DNA of 64,000 nt from an uncultured Clostridia bacterium (GTDB lineage: Bacteria; Bacillota; Clostridia; Christensenellales; UBA1242): assembly GCA_944377315.1 (NCBI GenBank), contig CALWEM010000011.1, positions 1,897 through 65,896 on the forward strand. Direction: 5' to 3'. The position numbers and the translations under genes were made by a program. This document shows, one piece after another, positions 38,273-48,336 of the stretch (the stretch's first letter is position 1; the number at the start of each line of letters is the position of its first letter). Below the pieces are notes generated by a model. It ran no database searches, was not told the origin of the DNA, and was given only the letters and a program-made list of their open reading frames with translations.

Positions 38273-39250
38273 CTAAAATTCCAAACAAATCTTTTTCAGT
38301 TTTTTCTTAATGGCAAAACGCGAACCAAAAAGATTGAAGCCAGCCGCCATTTTGTGACCGCCACCGCCATATTTTTGAGCAATTTTTGACACAATGAAGC
38401 CATTTTTTGAACGGCAACTCACCTTGTATTTATTCTTTTCAATTTCATATGCCACCATAATTACATTGAAATCCTTGATTGTGTTAAGGTCATTCACGAA
38501 AAATTTGAGGTCGTCAGGTGTGGCGTTCAGTTTTTTGAAGACTTTTTTTGTCACGATGATATAGCAAATATTCTTTCCAGCACAATGAAAATTGTTCAGC
38601 AAAAACTTTTGCATATTAATCTGTTCAATGGTGACAGAACGATAGGCAACATCATAGATTTTTTGCATATCAAACTTATATTTCATAAGTTTCACCACGC
38701 ATTCGAAGGTGTCAATGTCGGTGTTTGTGTTAAGAAAACGCCCAGTGTCGCCCACAATGCCAGCAAAAATATAGCCAGCATATTCGCTCGTAAGTTTGAT
38801 TTTGTATTCAAACAAAAGGTCAGCAATAATCATACTTGCAGCACAAACTTCGCTGTGAATATAGAACTTGCAACCTTCTTCCACCACACTTTGTTCGTGG
38901 TGGTCTATGATGAGAATGTTTTTGTGAGATTTGACTTTCTCGCGGAATTTTATGTCGACACGCGAAAATTCATTGCAATCCACCATCAAAACAAGGTCAA
39001 AATCGTTTGGCTCAAAATTTGTTTTAACCAATGACTTGTCAAATATCTCATTAAGAAAGGATTTTTCAGGATTAACCGCAAACAATGTGGCTTTTGTGCC
39101 CAAATTTTCGCAGAGATATTTTGCGCCAAACATCGCACCATAACAATCCAAGTCAGGATTGACGTGACCAAATATTGCCACATTTTTTGATGATGAAAGG
39201 ATTTTCTTTATATCTTCACTTGTGACATACAAATTCTTTTCATTCGCCAT
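38273..39250 (-). CDS. nrnA: DHH/DHHA1 phosphoesterase (NrnA-like oligoribonuclease/pAp phosphatase)
   Basis: DHH motifs (GHVNPDLD, MVDCN, IDHH) and DHHA1 GGGH. Start at ATG 39250. Confidence 0.8.
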   Translation of the reverse strand: MANEKNLYVTSEDIKKILSSSKNVAIFGHVNPDLDCYGAMFGAKYLCENLGTKATLFAVNPEKSFLNEIFDKSLVKTNFEPNDFDLVLMVDCNEFSRVDIKFREKVKSHKNILIIDHHEQSVVEEGCKFYIHSEVCAASMIIADLLFEYKIKLTSEYAGYIFAGIVGDTGRFLNTNTDIDTFECVVKLMKYKFDMQKIYDVAYRSVTIEQINMQKFLLNNFHCAGKNICYIIVTKKVFKKLNATPDDLKFFVNDLNTIKDFNVIMVAYEIEKNKYKVSCRSKNGFIVSKIAQKYGGGGHKMAAGFNLFGSRFAIKKKLKKICLEF

Positions 39251-39605
39251 CTTCTTCGTCCTCCGCTGGAATATCAAGATTTCTCAATATTTCTTCCACT
39301 TGAAGAGTGGTTGCAGTGCCCTTGTCCACTTCAAACTTGAATTTTGGCATATATGGAAGGTCAATCATATCTTTCAACTCTCTTTTGATGTAACCTTCAG
39401 ATTTTTGCAACACTTCCACCACACCTTTGGCGTCTTTAAGGTCCAAAACGCTGACTTTTACCTTGCAAAATTGAAAATCAGGACTGACTTTCACTTCTGT
39501 CAAGGTAATCACTTTTTGAAGTCGCGGGTCGTTCATCTTGTGCTCAATAATTTCAATCAAACATTTTTGAATTTCGCTTGAAGCTCTCTCTTGTCTGTTA
39601 CTCAT
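39240..39605 (-). CDS. rbfA: Ribosome-binding factor A
   Basis: 121 aa with a KH-like fold pattern. Conserved infB-rbfA order. Confidence 0.9.
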   Translation of the reverse strand: MSNRQERASSEIQKCLIEIIEHKMNDPRLQKVITLTEVKVSPDFQFCKVKVSVLDLKDAKGVVEVLQKSEGYIKRELKDMIDLPYMPKFKFEVDKGTATTLQVEEILRNLDIPAEDEEDGE

Positions 39606-39639
39606 AACCCCTCCTTATAATGAAAAAGAGATTTGACAG

Positions 39640-42120
39640 TTAATCTCTTTTTACTTCTTCTTTCACATAGTATTCCACAATATCGCCTTCTTGAATGTCA
39701 AAATTATCCTTGAATTTCACACCACATTCAAATCCGCGAGCAACTTCTGACTTTTCATCTTTGACAATTTTGAGCGATTCCACGCTGGTTTCGCAAACAA
39801 TTTCACCGCCACGCTTAATTTTGGCAATGGCATTTCTTTGGATTTTGCCGTCAGTGACATAACTTCCAGCAATTTTGCCAGCAGAAGAAAGTTTGAACAC
39901 CATACGGATTTCCGCAGTTCCAATATATTTTTCTTCATATTTAACAGCCATCATACCTTTTGAAAGGCGTGTGATTTGGTCAACAACTTCATAAATAATC
40001 TTGCTTTCAATGATTTGAACTTTCAAACTGTCAGCCATTTGTTCAGTTTTTGATGGTATTTTCAAGTTGAAGGCAATGATAACCGAACCAGTGGTTTGTG
40101 CAAGAATCAAATCGCTTTCCGTGATTGCACCGGCACCACTGTGAATTGTCACAACCTTGACTTCTTCATTGCGTATGGCTTCAAGCGAACCACGCAGTGC
40201 TTCCACAGAGCCTTGTGTGTCGGCTTTTATTATGATATTCAAATTCTTCAAAGTGCCTTCGTGAATTTTGTTCATAAAGTCATCAGCACTCACGCCTGAA
40301 GTTTGTTTTGCTCGTTCTTTCTTTATCTTGTCAATTCTCTCGTGAATAACTTGTTTTGAAAGCGAGTCTTCAACAGCAAACACTTGGTCGCCAGCAGACG
40401 GCACTTCGTTAAAGCCCATAACTGCAACAGGAGTTGAAGGTGTGGCTTTTTTGACTTGCTTGCCATTTTCATCAAACATCGCTTTGACCTTGCCATAAGT
40501 GATACCACAAATGATGCTGTCGCCAATTTTGAGAGTGCCATTTTGAACAAGAACAGTGGCAACAGGCCCTCTTGCTTTGTCGAGTTCCGCTTCAATGACA
40601 ACACCGGTCGCTTTGCGGTTTGGATTTGCTTTAAGGTCTTCCATTTCAGCAACAAGAAGAATCATTTTCTTCAATTCGTCAAGTCCCATACCAGTTTTTG
40701 CTGAAATTGGAATGCAAATGGCATCACCACCCCACTCTTCTGGCAAAATGCCATATTCAGTGAGTTGTTGTTTCACGCGGTCTGGATTTGCTTCTGGTTT
40801 ATCCATTTTGTTTATCGCCACAATCATTGGCACTTTTGCGGCCTTGATATGATTGATGGCTTCCACAGTTTGTGGCATTATTCCATCATCTGCTGCCACC
40901 ACCAAAATGGCAATATCAGTAACTTCCGCACCACGAGCACGCATTGCAGTGAACGCAGCGTGACCCGGAGTGTCGATGAAAGTGATTTTTTCGTTGTTGA
41001 ATGTGATTTGGTATGCACCGATTTTTTGTGTGATACCACCGGCTTCACCACCAACCACATTTGTTCTTCTGAATGCATCAAGAAGAGAAGTTTTGCCGTG
41101 GTCAACGTGTCCCATAACAGTCACAACAGGTGGACGCTTAACAAGCTCTTTCTCGTCTTCTTCGTTTGAAGCATCAATAAGTTTTTCTTCAAACGATTTG
41201 TCAATTTTGAGTTCGAGTGTGATGCCAAAATCAGAGCAAATAAGTTCGCAGGTGTCGAAATCTATTGTGCTGTTAATGGTTGCCATAATTCCCAAAAGCA
41301 TACATTTTTTAACAATTTCGGCAACAGGTTTACCAATTTTCTCACTCAAATCTTTGATGGTTATTTCTCTTGAAGTTAAAACTGCGTGAGTGATTTTTGG
41401 AGCAATAATAATTGGAGTATCTTTCTTTTTCTTGATGAGTTTTCTTGAACCCATTGTGGTTTCTTCAAAACCTTCATCATCCAAAACAAAAATATTGTTG
41501 TTTGAGTTGTGTCTTTCTTGAAGTTGTTTTTGTCTTGCCGTTATCTTTCTTGTTTCATCAATATTAACCCGTTTTTTGTTTTTGTTTCCAAAATTTCTTT
41601 CCGGTTGTTGAGCAGTGTCACTTGGAGCAAAACTCTTATAATTATTCGCCTTTGTCGAAACAAAAGATTTTTGTTTTCCATCTTTTGGCGGTTGGTTTTT
41701 GTTGAAAGATGGTTTATTAAATGGTGGTTTGTTGGCATTTGGCTTGCCGGCAAAATTCTTGCCTTGGTTTTGAGGCTTTTGGTCAAACTTGCGGAAATTG
41801 CCATTTTGTCGATTGCTGACAAATTGTGGCTTTTCTTTCACTTCAACCTTTTTCTCTTCTGATGGTTCAGGTTTTGCCAAGACCACTTCCACTTTTTCGA
41901 CAACTTCTTTCTTTTCTTCAACCTTATTGCTTTCAATAACAGCTTTTTTCTCTTCTTCACGAAGTTTTTGTTGAAGTTCACTCTTTTTGTCTTGCAACTT
42001 TTTGGAAAAAGTGTCAAGTTGAGTCTTTGAATTTTTGATTGCCAATAATAAATTCTGCAAAGAGCCATCTCTTTGAATTGAATTTATTGTTTTAAGTCCG
42101 TTTAATTGTTGATTTGCCAA
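39640..42120 (-). CDS. infB: Translation initiation factor IF-2
   Basis: G domain [21 protein letters not shown]. Low-complexity Lys/Glu/Pro N-terminus. Confidence 0.95.
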   Translation of the reverse strand: MANQQLNGLKTINSIQRDGSLQNLLLAIKNSKTQLDTFSKKLQDKKSELQQKLREEEKKAVIESNKVEEKKEVVEKVEVVLAKPEPSEEKKVEVKEKPQFVSNRQNGNFRKFDQKPQNQGKNFAGKPNANKPPFNKPSFNKNQPPKDGKQKSFVSTKANNYKSFAPSDTAQQPERNFGNKNKKRVNIDETRKITARQKQLQERHNSNNNIFVLDDEGFEETTMGSRKLIKKKKDTPIIIAPKITHAVLTSREITIKDLSEKIGKPVAEIVKKCMLLGIMATINSTIDFDTCELICSDFGITLELKIDKSFEEKLIDASNEEDEKELVKRPPVVTVMGHVDHGKTSLLDAFRRTNVVGGEAGGITQKIGAYQITFNNEKITFIDTPGHAAFTAMRARGAEVTDIAILVVAADDGIMPQTVEAINHIKAAKVPMIVAINKMDKPEANPDRVKQQLTEYGILPEEWGGDAICIPISAKTGMGLDELKKMILLVAEMEDLKANPNRKATGVVIEAELDKARGPVATVLVQNGTLKIGDSIICGITYGKVKAMFDENGKQVKKATPSTPVAVMGFNEVPSAGDQVFAVEDSLSKQVIHERIDKIKKERAKQTSGVSADDFMNKIHEGTLKNLNIIIKADTQGSVEALRGSLEAIRNEEVKVVTIHSGAGAITESDLILAQTTGSVIIAFNLKIPSKTEQMADSLKVQIIESKIIYEVVDQITRLSKGMMAVKYEEKYIGTAEIRMVFKLSSAGKIAGSYVTDGKIQRNAIAKIKRGGEIVCETSVESLKIVKDEKSEVARGFECGVKFKDNFDIQEGDIVEYYVKEEVKRD

Positions 42121-42121
42121 A

Positions 42122-42409
42122 CTATACTCCTTTTAAAATCGTGATTATTTCATCACTTAATGCTTTATTTTTGAAAGCAACCGCCTTGCAATTTTCAATA
42201 CCAATTTGAACGCTCAAATTTGGAATTTCAATGAGTGGAATATTGCGATTGTCTGCCACAAAATGCATTTCTCTTTTAAGCGATTTGCCAGACGAAGAAT
42301 CCAGCAAAATCAAATACATTTTATGCGAGTTATTAAGGATATTTTCGCCACCAATAATGGCATAGCCTGCTTTGCGACAAATATTGACAACACCCCTACA
42401 ATCTTTCAA
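42122..42409 (-). CDS. ylxQ: L7Ae-family RNA-binding protein YlxQ
   Basis: 95 aa, L7Ae-like, in the conserved position between ylxR and infB. Confidence 0.75.
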   Translation of the reverse strand: MKDCRGVVNICRKAGYAIIGGENILNNSHKMYLILLDSSSGKSLKREMHFVADNRNIPLIEIPNLSVQIGIENCKAVAFKNKALSDEIITILKGV

Positions 42410-42656
42410 TTTCCGCTCCTATTTTATCATATATTTCGTCTTTGATTTCGCACTTAAAAGCACGATTAAGACCACGAGTTTTGCGAAGTTTTTGGAAGCA
42501 TTCAGGACTTGAACAAATGTATGCACCACGCCCGTTTGCTTTCCCCGTTTTGTCGACAAAGATATCGCCATCTTTGTTTTTGACAATTCGCAGAAGTTCT
42601 TTTTTATCGCTTCGTTCGCGACAAATTATGCACATTCTCAACCTTTCTTTTTGCAT
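42396..42656 (-). CDS. ylxR: YlxR family RNA-binding protein (DUF448)
   Basis: R.CI.CR....K.EL.R.V......I..D..GK..GRGAY.C motif, downstream of nusA. Confidence 0.85.
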   Translation of the reverse strand: MQKERLRMCIICRERSDKKELLRIVKNKDGDIFVDKTGKANGRGAYICSSPECFQKLRKTRGLNRAFKCEIKDEIYDKIGAEIERL

Positions 42657-43819
42657 TATTTTTCCTCATCATCACCATTGATTTCTTCAAATTCGTCAAG
42701 GTCGCTCATTGTGTCGAAAGAATCTTCATCAGTAAGTTCTGTGAGCTCATATTCGGTTTCTTTTGTTTCTTCACTTGGTCGAACATAGCTTTCTGGCTTC
42801 ACATCAATTTTCCAGCCAGTGAGTTTTGCAGCAAGTCGAACATTTTGTCCATTTTTGCCAATTGCGAGTGAAAGTTTATCATCTGGAACAATCACTTGAC
42901 TCATATTCAAGCTGTCATTTGTTTCCACTGACAAAACTTTTGCTGGGCTCAAGGCTCTTGCAATGTATTCAAGTGGGTCGTCTGAATATTCCACAAGGTC
43001 GATTTTTTCACCATTAAGTTCATTGACAATGGTATTAATTCTTGTCCCCCTGTTTCCAACACAAGTGCCGATTGGGTCGATGTTTGGACGGTCTGTGTAG
43101 ACAGCAACTTTGGTTCTGTTTCCAGCGTCACGAGCGATGTTCTTAATTTTCACTTCGCCACTTGCAATTTCTGGAATTTCAAGTTCAAAAAGTTTTCTCA
43201 CAAATCCAATATTGCTTCTTGAAACTTGGATTTGTGGTCCGTTATATGAATCCTTAATTTTCTTGACATACACCTTCACTCTGTCGCCAACTTGGAATTT
43301 GTCACCTGGAATTTGGTCGTTTTTCATTAACGCACCTTCAGTGTGAGTGCCAGCGATTTGAACATAGACATTGTCGCCGTCAATGCGTTTAACCACAGTT
43401 GTGAGAAGTTCATCTTCTTTTTCAGAAAGTTCGTTTGCAGCATTTTGTCTTTCAAGTTCACGAAGTTTTTGCATAACAACTTGCTTTGCAGTTTGTGCCG
43501 CAATACGACCAAAGTCTTTTGTGGTTTCTTCCACTGCCACCATATCTCCAACTTTGTATGATTTTTTGATTTGTTTTGCATCTTCAAGCGAAATTTGCTT
43601 GTCAGCATCTTCCACAACATCGACAACAGTTTTGTATGAGAAAATTCTGATGGTGTTACGCTCTGGATAAAGCTTCACCAATGCACTTTTTGCTTCACCA
43701 TACATCTTTTTGTATGCAGAAGTAAGTGCTGTTTCAAGTGTTGTGATGAAAGTTTGTTTGTCAATTTTTCTTTCTTGTTCCAAGTCATCAAGTGCCTTAA
43801 AAAAATCTTTGTTTACCAT
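42656..43819 (-). CDS. nusA: Transcription termination/antitermination factor NusA
   Basis: N-terminal domain, S1 domain and two KH domains (IGTCVGNRGTRI, AIGKNGQNVRLA), with an acidic C-terminus. Confidence 0.95.
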   Translation of the reverse strand: MVNKDFFKALDDLEQERKIDKQTFITTLETALTSAYKKMYGEAKSALVKLYPERNTIRIFSYKTVVDVVEDADKQISLEDAKQIKKSYKVGDMVAVEETTKDFGRIAAQTAKQVVMQKLRELERQNAANELSEKEDELLTTVVKRIDGDNVYVQIAGTHTEGALMKNDQIPGDKFQVGDRVKVYVKKIKDSYNGPQIQVSRSNIGFVRKLFELEIPEIASGEVKIKNIARDAGNRTKVAVYTDRPNIDPIGTCVGNRGTRINTIVNELNGEKIDLVEYSDDPLEYIARALSPAKVLSVETNDSLNMSQVIVPDDKLSLAIGKNGQNVRLAAKLTGWKIDVKPESYVRPSEETKETEYELTELTDEDSFDTMSDLDEFEEINGDDEEK

Positions 43820-43829
43820 TTTTTACTCC

Positions 43830-44288
43830 TTAAAATTTAATAACAAGTTTAATGTTTGCGACTTTTTCGCGTTCAAAAGTTTTGGTGTCTTTGCCGATTT
43901 CCAGTGTCACTGTTTTCTCATCAAAGTCCTTCAAAACTCCTTCAAACACTTTTTGTCCGTCTAGTTTTGAAAAAAGTGTCAAAACAACTTCGTTTCCCAA
44001 ATTTCTTCGGAAATCTCTGTCAGATTTTAGAGGTCTGTCAAGTCCCGGGCTGGAAACAACCAAAGTGAAAGGCTGGTCGCCAGTTGGATTAAGTTCATCA
44101 ATGATTGGGTCGATTTTTTTGTTGACACGCTCGCAATCATCAATATTGACTCCCTCTTCTTTATCAATTGTGAAAACAAGGTTCATACCGTCAAACTCTT
44201 TGACATATTCCACATCAACAAGGTCATAGCCCATTTCTTCAATGATAGGTCTTAACTTTTCTTCACAGATTTGTTTGACTTTTGCCAT
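43830..44288 (-). CDS. rimP: Ribosome maturation factor RimP
   Basis: GY.LVDVEY motif and SSPGLDRPL. Start at ATG 44288 behind AGGAGG. Confidence 0.9.
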   Translation of the reverse strand: MAKVKQICEEKLRPIIEEMGYDLVDVEYVKEFDGMNLVFTIDKEEGVNIDDCERVNKKIDPIIDELNPTGDQPFTLVVSSPGLDRPLKSDRDFRRNLGNEVVLTLFSKLDGQKVFEGVLKDFDEKTVTLEIGKDTKTFEREKVANIKLVIKF

Positions 44289-44350
44289 AAATCCTCCTAT
44301 TAACACAAAGAGTGAGCAAAACTGCCCACTCCCTGCCACTAGATATTGTT

Positions 44351-44379
44351 ATTATAACCGATAAATAAATAAAAATCAA
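44351..44379 (-). promoter_or_regulatory. Sigma-A-type promoter of the rimP-nusA-infB operon
   Basis: Minus strand reads TTGATT, 17 nt, TATAAT. Confidence 0.6.
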
Positions 44380-44457
44380 GCATTTTCAATAAAATATTTG
44401 GGAAAATAAGAAAAAAGTGTGAGAATTTTTATTTTCAAAAGGAGAATTAAAACTTTA

Positions 44458-45987
44458 CTACTTAATCTCATTAAGTTTCAAAAGAACTTGCGCTGTTGCA
44501 AAAGCGTCATTCCAAGCCCTGTGTGCGTCTTTAAGTTCAATCCCAAGAGCTTTTGTCACCACGCCCAAATTAAATCTTGAAATTTTAAGTTTTGAAACGC
44601 GGGCTTCGTTCATTGTGTCAATGATGTCATTGTCAAAATTAAGATTGTATATAAGCCCGAAGCGCCTAATGAATTTGAGGTCAAACCCGATAATATTATG
44701 TCCGCACAAAACACAATCTCTTGAGAATTCATAAAATTTTTCAATCACAACTTCAATTGATGGTGCGTCTTCCACCATTTCGTTTGTGATATGTGTGAGT
44801 CTGGTCACTTCAAACGGAATGTCAATTGTCGGCTTCACAAAAGTGGAGAATTTTTCCACGATATTCCCCTTTTCAATTTTGACAGCGCCCAGTTCAATGA
44901 TTTGGTCCAAATCTGGATTTAGCCCAGTGGTTTCAATATCAAAAACGACAATGGTGTTGTTCATAATTTTTGCATTATAATGGTTGACCGCGCCAAACAT
45001 ATTGTCTTGCATAAGAGCGGAAAGCTTTTCGATTTCAACATCTTTAACTTCCGCTTCGTCTGCCACTTTTTCTTCTTTTTGTTCCACTTCACTTGCAAGA
45101 GCCATTTTGTCGATATACAAAGTCAAGCGATTATTCAACCCCATTCTGACATCGCCGTGCAACAACAAAAACATACCTTCTTCAAGTGCTTCCAAGTCCT
45201 TAAGCCGTGAGTTTGGACAAAAATATATGCAATCAATTTTGCCGTGGCGGTCTTCCAAAACAAAGGTGAAATATGCCTTTTGTTGACCTGCTCGCTTTCC
45301 TTTTTTGATGATGAAATCCTTTCTCTCAATTTTGTATATGTATCCAGCGACAAGCACAGAATTTTTTGGTGCGACAATTTGCGACAAAAATTCCGGCTTT
45401 GGCAACATTGAAGTGCCAAAAATATCTTTGATTATCAAAACATCATATCGTTGTGTTTTTCTGTGTGAAGTTTTGATGACAACATTGTCAATATCAACTT
45501 CGTCCACTTTTTCAGCACACGGCATAACTGTGATGACGAAATCGACAAGATAATTGTTTTTGAGTTCCTTTGAGAGATAATTTGCCACCTTGCTTGTTGT
45601 GATAAATTCATTAATGCGTGGGCTGACTTTCAAAATAACTTCCACATCAAGATTTGTGATTTTGATTTCAATGTCGTCATCTTGGATGTATGTGTTCAAA
45701 AGTTTGAATTTGTCTTCAAAAATCTGAAAAATCGACTTTTTTATCAATTTCTCTTCAACATACACCTTCAAAAACTTAACTTTGAGTTCAAGGTGCGAAA
45801 GATTAAGTTTGTTTTTGATGAATGTGGTGATTTCTTCTTTTTCATCATCAGTCAAATTCTCTTTTTGGGAAGGATAAAGAAAAGTTATCGTGCATAAAGA
45901 TTGTGACGAAGAAACTGTCACACTTTTAAGATATAAAAAGGAATATTTATCACCAAAAAAATTAAAAAAGTCCTGTTCAAAATTCAT
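44458..45987 (-). CDS. Mini-PolC: PolC-type N-terminal domain, OB fold and DnaQ-like 3'-5' exonuclease, with no PHP or polymerase domains
   Basis: Exo I VVFDIETTGL, Exo II CGHNIIGFDLKFI, Exo III HRAWNDAFATAQV. OB-like segment YFTFVLEDRHGKIDCIYF...GMFLLLHGDV is colinear with the PolC OB domain. Sits between rseP and rimP, where polC lies in Bacillus. Start set at ATG 45987. Confidence 0.7.
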   Translation of the reverse strand: MNFEQDFFNFFGDKYSFLYLKSVTVSSSQSLCTITFLYPSQKENLTDDEKEEITTFIKNKLNLSHLELKVKFLKVYVEEKLIKKSIFQIFEDKFKLLNTYIQDDDIEIKITNLDVEVILKVSPRINEFITTSKVANYLSKELKNNYLVDFVITVMPCAEKVDEVDIDNVVIKTSHRKTQRYDVLIIKDIFGTSMLPKPEFLSQIVAPKNSVLVAGYIYKIERKDFIIKKGKRAGQQKAYFTFVLEDRHGKIDCIYFCPNSRLKDLEALEEGMFLLLHGDVRMGLNNRLTLYIDKMALASEVEQKEEKVADEAEVKDVEIEKLSALMQDNMFGAVNHYNAKIMNNTIVVFDIETTGLNPDLDQIIELGAVKIEKGNIVEKFSTFVKPTIDIPFEVTRLTHITNEMVEDAPSIEVVIEKFYEFSRDCVLCGHNIIGFDLKFIRRFGLIYNLNFDNDIIDTMNEARVSKLKISRFNLGVVTKALGIELKDAHRAWNDAFATAQVLLKLNEIK

Positions 45988-45993
45988 AAAGAT

Positions 45994-46023
45994 ATTGTAT
46001 AACCAAACTCTTGCCTTTGTCAA
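45994..46023 (-). promoter_or_regulatory. Sigma-A-type promoter of the mini-PolC gene (leaderless configuration)
   Basis: Minus strand reads TTGACA (46018-46023), 18 nt, TACAAT (45994-45999), then 6 nt to ATG 45987. No Shine-Dalgarno. The -35 lies inside hairpin 46008-46026. Confidence 0.45.
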
Positions 46024-46035
46024 GAGAAAACTGGT

Positions 46036-46205
46036 TTTTGATGAATTGTTTGCGAGCTTTTGTTTTTTGGTCGCTTAAACTTCGCTTTCCAGAATTTAGA
46101 GAGTGCTACGAGCACCACACCGCGTGTGGAGTTTTGTTGGGTTTACTTATGTCTATCTGCTTGTTTCATAAATCAAATTTGTTCGAATATAGAATTTTTA
46201 AAGCA
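46036..46205. repeat. Second locus of the ~96-bp structured repeat: one full unit plus one degenerate unit abutting the rseP stop
   Basis: Unit starts TTTTGATGA at 46036 and TTTTGTTGG at 46132. Hairpins at 46103-46115 (GTGCT-ACG-AGCAC) and 46115-46129 (CCACAC-CGC-GTGTGG). Shares AGAATTTAGAGAGTG with 32211-32225. Confidence 0.85.
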
Positions 46206-47319
46206 GAAAATGCAAGATATCGACAAGGATAACAAAGGCAAATAATATGCAAATACCAACAAAATGAATGGTGTTTTCCACTTTGCGATTGATTGGTTTT
46301 CGGCGTATCCACTCAATCGTGGTGAAAAGAACGTGCGCTCCGTCAAGTGCTGGGAATGGCAACAGATTGAAAACAGCAAGATTGGCAGAGATAAGTGGAA
46401 TGAAAATGAGAAGATTGGCGATGTTTTGTTGAGAATATTCCGCCATTGTGGCAATTGTTGTCACCGTTCCACCAATTTCTGTGATTGGAATTTGAAAAGT
46501 GATGAGAAGCCACAAACTTTTCAGAACCACCCACGCAAAACCGAAAGCCATTGAAAAAGAACGCCCAAGTCCTTCAAAAAAGCCAAATTTATATGCTGTT
46601 GTGCAGATTTTGCCAGCAATATCGCTTTCAAGTCCAATAACATATGCCGTTTGAGAAATTTCTTCGCCGATTTTGTCATCAGTTGAAGTTATTTCATATG
46701 GCACAACTTCCACTTCAATTTCTCGATATCTTTCATCACGCGTTATCACCATTTTGAAGGTGTATGTGCCACCATCATATGAGTCACTTTCATAATATTC
46801 TTTGGCTTCCAATTTTTGCTTTTGAATGGCATTTGGGAAAGTGTCGCCAAAAGCAAAGTCGATTTTTGTGCCATCCACACTGCGAATGACATCACCTTCT
46901 TGAAAAACTCCAACATTGATGGTGTCGCTGGAAGCCACAATCATCGGAATATCGTATCCAACCGCACAAAGAAGAATCCAAGAAAAAAGAATTGCCGTCA
47001 CAAAATTCATCGTCACGCCGGCAAGAAAAACGATAATCCTTTTCCACGGTTTTTGGTTGTTAAAAGATTGCTCATCACCTTTTCCGTCTTCTTCCTCGCC
47101 ATAGAAAGAGCAGTAACCACCCAGCGGAAACAGACGAAGCGAGAATTTTTCGCCCGTTTTTTTGGATGTGCGAGAAAATATGGCTTTACCAAAGCCAATC
47201 GAAAATTCTGTTATTTTAAATTTCAAAACTCTGCCTGCAATGTAATGTCCAAGTTCGTGCACCAGCACCATAAAAAGGAGTATCACAATTGCCAGCAAAA
47301 TATAAAGAAAAGTCATCAT
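46198..47319 (-). CDS. rseP: RIP metalloprotease RseP (site-2 protease, M50)
   Basis: HELGHY zinc motif in the first TM helix, a PDZ-like insert, and the C-terminal NLLPFPALDG motif. Confidence 0.9.
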   Translation of the reverse strand: MMTFLYILLAIVILLFMVLVHELGHYIAGRVLKFKITEFSIGFGKAIFSRTSKKTGEKFSLRLFPLGGYCSFYGEEEDGKGDEQSFNNQKPWKRIIVFLAGVTMNFVTAILFSWILLCAVGYDIPMIVASSDTINVGVFQEGDVIRSVDGTKIDFAFGDTFPNAIQKQKLEAKEYYESDSYDGGTYTFKMVITRDERYREIEVEVVPYEITSTDDKIGEEISQTAYVIGLESDIAGKICTTAYKFGFFEGLGRSFSMAFGFAWVVLKSLWLLITFQIPITEIGGTVTTIATMAEYSQQNIANLLIFIPLISANLAVFNLLPFPALDGAHVLFTTIEWIRRKPINRKVENTIHFVGICILFAFVILVDILHFLL

Positions 47320-47364
47320 AAATCTACCCTATTAAACACAACAATTGACTTATCTTTTGTGAAA

Positions 47365-48336
47365 TTATAATGCAAAAATCCAAAAAGCAAGCAAAATGTA
47401 TGGAGCAATGAAAATATATGAATCAATGCGGTCCAAAAGTCCGCCGTGTCCCGGAATGAATCTTCCGCTGTCCTTGACACCAGCACGGCGTTTGATGATT
47501 GACTCAAACAAATCACCACAAACAGCCACGCCAGCGCCCACCAAAACGATGAGAAGATATGCCCAAATTGGGAAATCAGACCAAAGGAAGGTGAATCCGG
47601 TTATGTTGGCAAAGATAAGCCAAACACAACTCATAAGCAAAACTGACCACAAGATTCCACCAACAAGACCAGAAATAGTCTTTCCCGGGCTTATTCTTGG
47701 ACAAAGTTTTTTGCCACCAATAACTGAACCTGTGAGCATTGCAAAAGTGTCATTAAACATTGGGATTAAGATTGCGGTTAAAAGAATGAGAATGGAAATA
47801 TCCACGGTCAAGCCTTCAAATTTTGCAAGTGCAAGTTCGCCAATATGATTGACGAAGATAAAGAAAAGGAAGAAAAACGCTGGATAGATGAAAATCATCA
47901 AGGTATTCAAGCATTTTTTAAACAAAAATTTTGTTGTGGACATATTTTTAACTTCTCTTGTTGCCATCTCATTCAAAATTTTTCTTCTTGTCAAAAGACC
48001 GATTAAGAATGCACCGAGCACTGTCAAAAGCATAAGTCCAATATCAATCAAAATTGCCCACAAAACCCAATAAATATCGCTTTGATTGCCAGCATAGAAA
48101 ACACAAACAAGGTTAACAGCCAACATTATTGCTGGAAAAATCACTGACAAAATTTGATAGTTAAACAGTTTTGTTTTTGACATAAGTTTTGACATTTCGT
48201 ATGATGCAATACAAGCAATAATGCCAAAAAAGGCGTCAAAAAAGTATGCTCCAAAACTTGGAACGGCGATTTTGAGCACGAACAAAATTGCGAGTATCAG
48301 CACAATTAATATTGATGAATAAACTCTTTTTTTCAT
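47365..48336 (-). CDS. cdsA: Phosphatidate cytidylyltransferase
   Basis: Polytopic membrane protein with the CDS signature SIIKRRAGVKDSGRFIPGHGGLLDRIDS. Confidence 0.9.
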   Translation of the reverse strand: MKKRVYSSILIVLILAILFVLKIAVPSFGAYFFDAFFGIIACIASYEMSKLMSKTKLFNYQILSVIFPAIMLAVNLVCVFYAGNQSDIYWVLWAILIDIGLMLLTVLGAFLIGLLTRRKILNEMATREVKNMSTTKFLFKKCLNTLMIFIYPAFFFLFFIFVNHIGELALAKFEGLTVDISILILLTAILIPMFNDTFAMLTGSVIGGKKLCPRISPGKTISGLVGGILWSVLLMSCVWLIFANITGFTFLWSDFPIWAYLLIVLVGAGVAVCGDLFESIIKRRAGVKDSGRFIPGHGGLLDRIDSYIFIAPYILLAFWIFAL

